DNA of 41,484 nucleotides, from positions 1 through 41,484 of IMG/VR virus record IMGVR_UViG_3300026541_000016. The stretch is one strand, 5' to 3'. The DNA is from a virus. Its lineage: Duplodnaviria > Caudoviricetes. Below the pieces are notes generated by a model. The model was not told the DNA's origin. It saw only the letters and a list, made by a program, of their open reading frames with translations, and did no database searches. The translations under genes and the position numbers were made by a program. Shown piece by piece: positions 33,645-41,484 of this stretch; positions within the stretch are counted from its first letter, which is position 1, and each line of letters begins with the position of its first letter.

Positions 33645-34412
33645 ATGTCTGATGAACTGAAAGCACTAATCGAGGAAGACTCTGAAACGACTGAGGTAAC
33701 TACCGAGGAAGTCACAGAGGATTTAAAGGTCGATGAGGCCAAGCCCGTTATTGAAAAGGCGGGTGAAGATGCAAAAGTAGATCAAACATCTACTGATGAT
33801 AAGCCTCCCGTTGAGACGACATCAACAGACAGTGACGACATTTCATGGACTAAGACGATGGCGTTGGACGAGCGATCAAAGCGCCAGGTCTTGGAAACCA
33901 AGACTCAATCATTAGAAGCCGAACTTAGCAAATTTAAGAAAAAGTTGCGCCCGGATGCGCTAGAGGAACCGGAAGCCGCATTAAATCATGTGGAGCAAGC
34001 CTTCCAGTCCCAGATCTTGACTGCAATGACCAATCTATCACGAGAGGTCATGAAGATGCATAAGGACGATTACGACGCAATGGAAGTTAAGTTTGTTGAA
34101 ATGGCGACTAGTGATCCTTCACTTGTTAACGAAATGGCAGCAAGTCCTAATCCTGCCAAGTTTGCCTATGAAACGGCAAAGAAAAAGCTCGAACGGGAGG
34201 AGTTTTTAAATATGGATACTGCCACTGAAAAAGCCAAACTCGAAGCACAATGGAAAGCTGAATTTGAAGCTAAACAAAATGCGGGGAGTGAGGAAAAACA
34301 AGAGAAGGATGCGCTTAACTCGAAAGCCGACTTGCCATCATTGGCAACTGTTGGTGCTCCAGGAAACCAAGTCGTAACGGACAAATCCCTGGAGGACCTA
34401 TTTCCGAGGTAA
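33645..34412 (+). CDS. Scaffolding protein
   Basis: Acidic N-terminus, coiled coil, SPNPA.FAY; between portal and capsid; SD AGGAG at 33635. Confidence 0.85.
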   Translation: MSDELKALIEEDSETTEVTTEEVTEDLKVDEAKPVIEKAGEDAKVDQTSTDDKPPVETTSTDSDDISWTKTMALDERSKRQVLETKTQSLEAELSKFKKKLRPDALEEPEAALNHVEQAFQSQILTAMTNLSREVMKMHKDDYDAMEVKFVEMATSDPSLVNEMAASPNPAKFAYETAKKKLEREEFLNMDTATEKAKLEAQWKAEFEAKQNAGSEEKQEKDALNSKADLPSLATVGAPGNQVVTDKSLEDLFPR

Positions 34413-34417
34413 GTTAA

Positions 34418-35539
34418 ATGGCTACTACTACAACAAGTGCAGACCTTGTTGTTAAGAAATTCCTGGCCGACTTTTGGGAAGAATATATCCGCAAAGCGCG
34501 GTTTTCCCGGTATACAGGAACGACTAACAATAATGTCATCACTATCAAAGAGGGCCTCCAACAAATCAGTATTCCATTAGTTACTCGCCTAAAAGGTGAC
34601 GGTGTTACCGGCAATGCCACACTCCGTGGCAATGGTGAGGCTATTGGTAACTTCGGTTTGACACTAACTCCAACGTATTTTCGTCACGCAGTCGAACATA
34701 CCAAAGAGGAATTGGAAAAACCGGCCATTGATTTAATGCGGGCCTCGCGCTCACTCTTAATGGAGTGGGCCAAAGAACTGCAGCGGGACGATATCATAGA
34801 GGCATTGGGCGCCGTTTTTGACGGCACGACCTATGCAAACTATGGTGATACCACTGCCGCAGCGTTTGACACATGGTTAACCAATAACAATGATCGCATA
34901 TTGTATGGTGAAGCCAAGGGCAATACGGTGGCAGGAAACCACACTAGCTCACTGGCAGCGGTAACAGTCGCAACCGGCAAGTTAGATACGGATATTGTGT
35001 CTTTAGCCAAACGTATATCACAGCAAGCAGATGCACATATTCGTCCATTAGTTGAGGAGGAAGATGACGAAAAGCACGTAATGTTTGTTGATACCTTTGC
35101 GATGCGTGATCTGCGTGCGGACACCGCAATTCAGCAAGCACAACGCGAAGGACTCATGCGAGGCAAGGAAAGTCAGCCGCTATTTACAGGCGGTGATTTG
35201 CTGTGGGATAACGTCATTATTCGAGAAATCCCAGAGATTGCGACCTTTATCGATGGTGACTCAGGGACGAATGGCCTATGGGGTGGTCTTGCGACTGCTG
35301 ATGGGCTGAATACTGCCGGTGATACAAGCTCGCGTATTGGAGCGTGTTTCCTATGTGGTCAACAAGCCGTGTCCTATGGCTTAGGCCGGCGGCCTAATTT
35401 GGTCGTGGATATGGACTTTGACTTTGAATTCCAACCCGGGGTCGCAGTCGAGCTTAAGCACGACATCGATAAGTCTTTTTTCAACAACAAGCAGCATGGC
35501 GTGGTGACAGTTTTTGTCTCAGCAGCTGGTGACGCTTAA
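34418..35539 (+). CDS. Major capsid protein (DUF4043-like)
   Basis: I.IPLV..L.G.GVTG...L.GN.E, RHAV, L.CGQQA, K..FN.KQHGV. Confidence 0.9.
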   Translation: MATTTTSADLVVKKFLADFWEEYIRKARFSRYTGTTNNNVITIKEGLQQISIPLVTRLKGDGVTGNATLRGNGEAIGNFGLTLTPTYFRHAVEHTKEELEKPAIDLMRASRSLLMEWAKELQRDDIIEALGAVFDGTTYANYGDTTAAAFDTWLTNNNDRILYGEAKGNTVAGNHTSSLAAVTVATGKLDTDIVSLAKRISQQADAHIRPLVEEEDDEKHVMFVDTFAMRDLRADTAIQQAQREGLMRGKESQPLFTGGDLLWDNVIIREIPEIATFIDGDSGTNGLWGGLATADGLNTAGDTSSRIGACFLCGQQAVSYGLGRRPNLVVDMDFDFEFQPGVAVELKHDIDKSFFNNKQHGVVTVFVSAAGDA

Positions 35540-35553
35540 TAGGAGGGCATGAC

Positions 35554-36045
35554 ATGACTACATTTACATCAACACGTTCATTGGCAGGCTTTCCTATTGC
35601 TGGAGCAGGTCCAGCCATGGATCTTAAGATCGCCACAGGGACGATTGAGATCGCCATCAACCCAGTTGCCGCGGATATTTATGAACTTTGTAAATTACCG
35701 CCGTTTGCAGTGGTATGTATGGGTTGGTTATACGGTGATGATTTGGATACCGGCGTCGAAACGTTGGATATGGATATTGGATGGGCCGCTAACGGAGTAG
35801 AAGCCGCAGATCCGGATGGGTTTGGAAATTTTGGAGTTTTAACGGGTGATTTAGTTTTAGAGTTAAAGCCAGAAGTTTCCATATTTGTCCCATTTGGAGG
35901 AGTTTTGAGAGCGACAGGACCCCAAAGGTTTTCTGCGGAAACCCAGGTGCAAGCCGTTGCTAACGTGACGGCGGCCACGGGTGGAACAGGAACCTTGACG
36001 GCTGTTGTTCTTTACTTCCTTGATCCCAATTACACAGTGGCATAA
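35554..36045 (+). CDS. Capsid decoration/cement-like protein
   Basis: Follows the capsid gene; LP..A.V....L..DDLD.G...L.MDIG. Confidence 0.65.
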   Translation: MTTFTSTRSLAGFPIAGAGPAMDLKIATGTIEIAINPVAADIYELCKLPPFAVVCMGWLYGDDLDTGVETLDMDIGWAANGVEAADPDGFGNFGVLTGDLVLELKPEVSIFVPFGGVLRATGPQRFSAETQVQAVANVTAATGGTGTLTAVVLYFLDPNYTVA

Positions 36046-36049
36046 CAGG

Positions 36050-36077
36050 ATGGGCCGGGGAAACTCGGCCCATATTT
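36050..36077 (+). terminator. GAAA-capped hairpin after the head genes
   Basis: ATGGGCCGGG-GAAA-CTCGGCCCAT with a weak T tail. Confidence 0.55.
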
Positions 36078-36079
36078 GA

Positions 36080-36421
36080 ATGGCGACCAAAGCACAGTTA
36101 AGGGATCAAGTCTTAGAATATCTGGGTAAAAAGCGGATCGGACAAACTGCCAGTAATGAGCAAGTGGTCGATATTACGCAGGCCATTGATGAAGTGTATG
36201 CAGATCTTCAGACTGACCAACTGATGACCTTTGCGGAAGACGGGGCTATTCCTAATCATGTGTTGCCGCATATTAAAGCCTTGGTTGCTTTTAGACGATC
36301 CTCTGGACTTTCACAAGAAAGATACCAACGATTATTAGGGGATGTGGGTCAAGCAAAGCGGGAGATCCGAAGAATTATCGCGCCTGTCTTTGCCAATGAT
36401 GATGAGCCAGATGAATTTTAA
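36080..36421 (+). CDS. Head-tail adaptor (P22 gp4-like position)
   Basis: T..QL...VL..LG....GQ helical pattern; synteny. Confidence 0.65.
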   Translation: MATKAQLRDQVLEYLGKKRIGQTASNEQVVDITQAIDEVYADLQTDQLMTFAEDGAIPNHVLPHIKALVAFRRSSGLSQERYQRLLGDVGQAKREIRRIIAPVFANDDEPDEF

Positions 36422-37803
36422 TGTTAGTTCCTATCAACCTGACCGGGCCTAGCTCTGAGAGTCGGGCGCCTTTCCTTAATAATCAAAAGACTCAAAATCT
36501 ATATCCCGAAGTCAACGATAAACAATTTATTCTTAACAGTTTTCCGGGAGTCAAGGCATTTTCCACAGGGACAGGCACGGACAGAGGGATGTTCACGCAT
36601 CTTGGGATCTTGTACCAAGTACAAGCGGATTCTCTGTTTACGATTGATTCAGCAGGAACCCGGACAAACCGAGGCATAATCACAGGCGGCGAAAGATGTA
36701 TTTTTGCGGGGATCGGCGCGAATGTTGTGATTGTCACGAATGGATTTGTATTCCAATGGAACGGGACGACATTAACACCAATCACCGATGTTGATTTAGA
36801 GACTCCGAATTCTGTTGCCCACTTAAACAATCAAATCATTTATGACGGAGATGGAGGCCGTTGGGTGGTATCTGATGTCGGAGATGCGACCAGTGTGCAG
36901 GGTTTAAATTATGCCACTGCGGAGTCTCATGCCGATGATTTAATACGCGTCTATGTTTACGATCAAATCCTGTATTTATTCGGCGATAAGACGATAGAGG
37001 CTTGGTGGAATTCTGGCAATGGGAATCCTCCGTTTGATCGGTTTGAGGTGATTATTCCTGTAGGGCTTGGGTCTCTCCACAGTGTGGCAAGGAATGATAA
37101 TCGAATTTATTTTTTAGGTGATGATAGACAAGTTTATGTTTTAAAGAACACCGCAGTTAATAGAATATCAGACGTTAATATTGCAAACCAAATCGAAAAC
37201 TTGTCAGTCACTCTGGATGCCCAAGGGCATACCTATACTTTCCAAGGCCAAAATTTTTATGAGTTAACCTTTCCTACGGCTGACCGATCGTTTGCTTATA
37301 GTGAATCTGTTGGGCAATGGTTTGAACTTTCTTCAGGTTCTACCGGAGGCCGTCACATTACCTCAGCGTATGTCTATGTGTTTAACAAATGTCTTGCGAG
37401 CGATCATAGAAATGGAAATATCTATGAATTAAACATTGATACGTTTGATGAGTTTGGCGATGCCATTATACGGATTCGAGATTCAGATTTATTAAGTGGT
37501 GACCAAATCAGAGCCAGTGGCAAAGAACTCACCATGAATCGCTTAGAACTTATTCTTGAGACTGGCGTGGGAACGACAGGGCAAGGGTTAGATCCTGTTG
37601 TGATGATGCAATTCTCTGATGATGGGGGGCGAACATTTTCAACTGAAATGTGGGCCACGGTGGGTAAGGCGGGAGATTTTGTGTGGAAGGTTGAATGGTT
37701 TGACTTAGGTGCATTTTATTACCGGGTATTACGTTTCAAGATGTCAGATCCGGTGTTATGGACGATACGCGGGGCGAATGCTGACATTGTGATAGGCCTA
37801 TGA
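36421..37803 (+). CDS. P22 gp10-like tail hub / DNA stabilisation protein
   Basis: NLYPE, ATAES..D, LFG..TIE.W, FQG..FY.LTFP, SDDGG.TF, W..LG. Confidence 0.88.
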   Translation: MLVPINLTGPSSESRAPFLNNQKTQNLYPEVNDKQFILNSFPGVKAFSTGTGTDRGMFTHLGILYQVQADSLFTIDSAGTRTNRGIITGGERCIFAGIGANVVIVTNGFVFQWNGTTLTPITDVDLETPNSVAHLNNQIIYDGDGGRWVVSDVGDATSVQGLNYATAESHADDLIRVYVYDQILYLFGDKTIEAWWNSGNGNPPFDRFEVIIPVGLGSLHSVARNDNRIYFLGDDRQVYVLKNTAVNRISDVNIANQIENLSVTLDAQGHTYTFQGQNFYELTFPTADRSFAYSESVGQWFELSSGSTGGRHITSAYVYVFNKCLASDHRNGNIYELNIDTFDEFGDAIIRIRDSDLLSGDQIRASGKELTMNRLELILETGVGTTGQGLDPVVMMQFSDDGGRTFSTEMWATVGKAGDFVWKVEWFDLGAFYYRVLRFKMSDPVLWTIRGANADIVIGL

Positions 37804-38051
37804 GTCAACCTCCTCCCAAGCGAATCGATATTAAAGATCCCAACGACGTTCAAAGACTTGTCGATGGCTTACAGTTTTTATGGGCTGAATTTAATGACAA
37901 TCAAGTTTTTACCGTTTCAACCGTTCCTGATGCAACCAAAGGACCGAGTAATAAGGTGATTTATGTGAGTGATGAAATCGGTGGTTCTGTATTGGCTTTT
38001 TCCGATGGTATCAATTGGCGACGTGTCACAGATAGGGCGGTAATTTCATAA
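37800..38051 (+). CDS. Short tail needle/knob-like protein
   Basis: gp26 position; IYVSD..GG..LAFSDG.NWRRVTDRAVIS. Confidence 0.5.
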   Translation: MSQPPPKRIDIKDPNDVQRLVDGLQFLWAEFNDNQVFTVSTVPDATKGPSNKVIYVSDEIGGSVLAFSDGINWRRVTDRAVIS

Positions 38052-38869
38052 TGGGATTTCTTAGTAGTTTTTCTCTAAATCCTGGCGGTGATATTCTTGG
38101 AGGTCTCACGGGACAAACCGGGGCCGATGCTGCACTTGAGGGTGCACGCATACAAGCCGGGGTCAGTCGGGAAGGAATAGAATTTCAGCGTGAATCCTTA
38201 GAACGTCTGATAGGATTACAACAACCTTTTCGACAGTTTGGTGAACAGAATATTCAAGGACTTCAATCTGCAATAGGGGATACGTCTAATCCTTTGCTTG
38301 ATTTATTCAATCAAACTGCGAGTGCAGATCCTCAAAATGCGGCGTTTGATCGTTTACAAGAACTCAACACGCCACAAGGTCAAACAGACTTTATTACAAA
38401 TAATCCATTTTTTGACCAACTGGCGGGAGAGGCACAGAACCGATTATTTTCGAATGCCGCCGCAAGAGGCAAGGTCGGATCGGGCGGGACTGCTGCGGCC
38501 TTACAAGAAAGGCTTTTTGGGATTGGAAGCGGGTTATTGAATCAGGAGCGCTCAAATCTAGCCCAATCTGCCGGATTGACCGGAGATTTACAAAGCAACA
38601 GACTTCAACAATTATTATCTGGGGCTGGGATTAATGCTGATATTAGTAGTAATAATATCAACAATCTCTTTAGAGCTGTGGGTACAGGGCAAAATGCTGC
38701 CGCTTTGCAGGGAAGTGATATCAGTGCGAGCAGTGATAATATCACTAATCTGATAACAGGCATAGGCGATTCAGCCGCAGCGGGTGGCATCGGTGCGGCG
38801 AATGCGTTTTCACAAGGTGGGGCAAATATCGCGGGGTTGCTTGCTGCTTTCTTTGGAGGGGGAGGCTAA
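38051..38869 (+). CDS. DNA ejection protein (gp7-like)
   Basis: G/A/Q-rich, QPF.Q.G, AAARG...SG.T. Confidence 0.75.
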   Translation: MGFLSSFSLNPGGDILGGLTGQTGADAALEGARIQAGVSREGIEFQRESLERLIGLQQPFRQFGEQNIQGLQSAIGDTSNPLLDLFNQTASADPQNAAFDRLQELNTPQGQTDFITNNPFFDQLAGEAQNRLFSNAAARGKVGSGGTAAALQERLFGIGSGLLNQERSNLAQSAGLTGDLQSNRLQQLLSGAGINADISSNNINNLFRAVGTGQNAAALQGSDISASSDNITNLITGIGDSAAAGGIGAANAFSQGGANIAGLLAAFFGGGG

Positions 38870-39969
38870 TGGCTGTTAGAGGGACAAACCCGTTAATCTT
38901 GTTACAAGGCAGAACGCCCAGTGCCCAGCCTGCGATCAATACCTTTTTTAATGCACGACAGTCCGGCAATCAAAACAGACTGTCAAAACTTCAATTTGCA
39001 GAAGAAAGCAAACAGTTTGGAATATCTACCTTAACAGATGCTGCGAGAGTCTTTGTACCACAGATAGAGTCGGGCGATTTTAAAGGTGCAACGAGGACCA
39101 TACAACGCGCCAGACAAATTGCGGAAACATCTGGTGTTCCGGGATTAACGGATGATTTTGACGAAATGTTGAGAAATATTGGCCCAAATTCGGAATTGGT
39201 TTCACAACGCGGACGGCAAATCCTACAAGCCTTTCCAACACAACAGCAAGGCAAGAACTTTCAATTGACCCCCGCATTAAATGCACAGGATGAACAAGTG
39301 TTCATTCAGGGATCGAATATTCCGGGGGCAGGACCTTCTGTAGTGCCAGGATTTAAGCCAATATCGAAAGTCAATACCGCGTTAGACATTGCTGGAGGCA
39401 AGGCTGACATTGATTTATCAAAACAACGACAAGAAATACCCATTGAGGCGGAAAAACAAACAGCAATCACCGCGTCCAAGGGAGCCGCACAACGTAGTCA
39501 AAAAACGATTGAGGCTGGATTAGCGGCATCCAAAGGATTACCCATTCTGAACAGAGCATTAGAATTATTGAATGTTGTGCAGACGGGTGGATTTACCAAT
39601 GAAATAAGGCTTAGGGTTAAGGTCGCATTTGGTATAGAAGGCGCTGATGAAGGTGAATTATCCGCAAACCTAGGAAAAGCCGTATTAAGTCAATTACGCA
39701 CTACATTTGGCGCACAATTTACACAACAAGAAGGCGAGCGACTCGCTAGAATTGAAGCAGGATTCGGTAAATCTCCAGGGACCAATAGAAGGCTTTTGAA
39801 TCAAGCCAAACAGATTGCGATAGATGCCGCTAGAAGAGCACAAAAACGTGCAATTGCACAAAAAGATTTTAGTACTGCACAAGAAATTGAAGAAATGATT
39901 AATTTCAAATTTGATATAGGGCCAAAAGATATTGGATCGATGACTGATGATGAGTTATTTACTTTCTGA
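38869..39969 (+). CDS. DNA ejection protein (gp20-like position)
   Basis: Helical A/Q-rich; L..TFG.QFT..EG..L; synteny. Confidence 0.65.
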   Translation: MAVRGTNPLILLQGRTPSAQPAINTFFNARQSGNQNRLSKLQFAEESKQFGISTLTDAARVFVPQIESGDFKGATRTIQRARQIAETSGVPGLTDDFDEMLRNIGPNSELVSQRGRQILQAFPTQQQGKNFQLTPALNAQDEQVFIQGSNIPGAGPSVVPGFKPISKVNTALDIAGGKADIDLSKQRQEIPIEAEKQTAITASKGAAQRSQKTIEAGLAASKGLPILNRALELLNVVQTGGFTNEIRLRVKVAFGIEGADEGELSANLGKAVLSQLRTTFGAQFTQQEGERLARIEAGFGKSPGTNRRLLNQAKQIAIDAARRAQKRAIAQKDFSTAQEIEEMINFKFDIGPKDIGSMTDDELFTF

Positions 39970-41484
39970 TGGCTACAGCACAAGAAAATTTACAGCGTTT
40001 CAGGGAGATTTCAAAGAGAAGATTGCAAGACCGTTTAGATCCTGATAAACGTGCTCGTTTTGATGAAGCCGTAGATAGAGGATTTATTTTTATTGATAGC
40101 GGACCTACCCGGCAATCGCAAGTCAGACGCGAGCCACAAATCAGACAAGATCCACAACAAAACATCCCACAACCTCCGCTACAAGACACCCCAGGAGAAA
40201 CCCGCGCAGCTCAAGAGCTTCCAGAGTTATTCACGTCTGGTTTGTTAAATGGGGAAGATCCTGGCCAGGTTGCAAAGTTTGCCGCCGTTGCTGCACTCTC
40301 GTTTGATCCTAAAGATATTGCAAAAATAGCCACTGAAATGTTTCCCAATATCGGCGTTCAACAAGACGAAGGTGGGAACTTCCTATTAGCCAATAACAAG
40401 ACAGGTGCCAGGGCTATTATTAATCGTCCGGGTATTTCAGGCACGGATGTGGCTCAGATTGCGGGATCTATTCCTGCATTTACGCCGGCAGGCATGGCGG
40501 CTGGTCTTGCGAAGAAAGCCACTACAAAAGCCTTAGCCGTGGGCGGGGCTTCTGGTTTAACCCAGGCAGGAATTGATATTGCACAACAAACCGCAGGTCG
40601 TGAAGAAGACGTTAGTATAAAAAACATCCGACCTTTAGATGTTGCCATTGCCACTGTGGGTGGGGCGGGCTTTGATGCGTTGTTTCGAGGATTAGGACGG
40701 TTTATTCCTGTATTTAGAGAATCGGTTAAGAAGAACAACGGACGTGTTACTGATGAAATCCGTAATACATTCAAGGAACATGCAGAGGAAGCAGGCATTA
40801 ACCCCGATGACGTGGGAGATGATTTTATCAAGTCTTTCATGGATTCAGTCGATGAGGCAGTAAATCCTCAGAGTCAAGTGGGTGAAGCAGCGGCTTTGCA
40901 AGGGGAGAAAGAATTCGGCATCAAGCTTACACGTGGGCAGCGTTCAGGCGAGCAAAAACAACTGAAATTTGAAGACAGGGCAAGATCTGGAGATTTTGGA
41001 GAGAAGCCTCAAAATGTTATTTTAAAAGGCGAAGCCGAACAAGCAAAACAAGCCCAGGAAGCAGGAAAAAACATCCAAGCTGGATTTGGTGAGGTCATTG
41101 AAAGTCAACAGCAAGCCGGTGGAATTGTAAAACAAGGCATACAAAATGCCGAATTGTTGGCTGATGATGTCGTAAAGGAAGCCTTTGAAAATATTGGTGA
41201 TGCCACGCTTAATGTGGACGGGGTTAAAAAATTAATGGTCTCGACAAAGAGAGCCATACAAGGGATAGAGTTTGATCCGTCGCTGGAGGGTACACAGAGG
41301 ATTCTAGTGCAGATCACAAAGTTTCAAAATACGCTTAATAAGTTAAGCGGGCAATTAAAGCCATTTCATATTAAGCGTATCAATAACATGCGTAAACGCA
41401 TGAGTAATGCTATCGGAACGGCTAAGGATTCAACTGACAGACGACAACTCATAAAGATGAAGGCCGGGTTTGATGAGTTTTTAG
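39969..41484 (+). CDS. DNA ejection protein (gp16-like), 5' part; continues across the join to 890 (absent from the ORF track)
   Basis: TGATG coupling; MATAQENLQRF...QDEGGN......N.PG.S..D......AFTPAG; 5' portion hand-translated and frame continuity checked arithmetically. Confidence 0.75.
   Translation, partial: MATAQENLQRFREISKRRLQDRLDPDKRARFDEAVDRGFIFIDSGPTRQSQVRREPQIRQDPQQNIPQPPLQDTPGETRAAQELPELFTSGLLNGEDPGQVAKFAAVAALSFDPKDIAKIATEMFPNIGVQQDEGGNFLLANNKTGARAIINRPGISGTDVAQIAGSIPAFTPAGMAAGLAKKATTKALAVGGASGLTQAGIDIAQQTAGREEDVSIKNIRPLDVAIATVGGAGFDALFRGLGRFIPVFRESVKKNNGRVTDEIRNTFKEHAEEAGINPDDVGDDFIKSFMDSVDEAVNPQSQVGEAAALQGEKEFGIKLTRGQRSGEQKQLKFEDRARSGDFGEKPQNVILKGEAEQAKQAQEAGKNIQAGFGEVIESQQQAGGIVKQGIQNAELLADDVVKEAFENIGDATLNVDGVKKLMVSTKRAIQGIEFDPSLEGTQRILVQITKFQNTLNKLSGQLKPFHIKRINNMRKRMSNAIGTAKDSTDRRQLIKMKAGFDEFL
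41368..41484. repeat. Terminal overlap identical to 1-117
   Basis: Exact match. Confidence 0.97.

Noticed and set aside
21333-41317. Minus-strand ORFs inside late genes (e.g. 21333-21902, 34166-34564, 40454-40840) and similar ones at 377-2998
   Set aside because: Antisense shadows of real genes, with no supporting motifs
41368-41484. Biological terminal repeat
   Set aside because: It falls inside a gene and is best explained as assembler overlap of a circular contig

Overview
The window is a complete circular genome (41,367 bp; bases 1-117 repeat at 41368-41484) of a temperate, P22-like short-tailed phage. The host is probably a gammaproteobacterium, judging from the tRNA-His attP, an IHF site and a gamma-type CsrA. 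Order on the circle: integrase/xis at an intact attP; a leftward early operon (YqaJ exonuclease, ERF, Lar, many small genes); cI/cro/cII-like genes with near-identical PL and PR promoters; an O-like initiator with iterons; nin-like genes; a Q-like gene with pR'/tR'; a 7.9 kb block of beta-rich genes where lysis genes normally lie; then terminase, portal, scaffold, capsid, adaptor, gp10-like, three ejection proteins, tail fibre and holin-like genes. The most unusual features are: (1) an RNA-level regulatory layer, comprising a csrA gene missed by the ORF track, two diverged copies of an ~80 nt three-way-junction/pseudoknot RNA with a compensatory change, four tandem covarying pseudoknot units before the scaffold gene, and a family of long stems abutting RBSs; (2) the pre-terminase module, possibly a virion appendage; (3) a RusA-like resolvase apparently split across two overlapping reading frames; (4) no recognisable endolysin. 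All family calls come from motif recognition and synteny by eye; no searches or folding programs were run.
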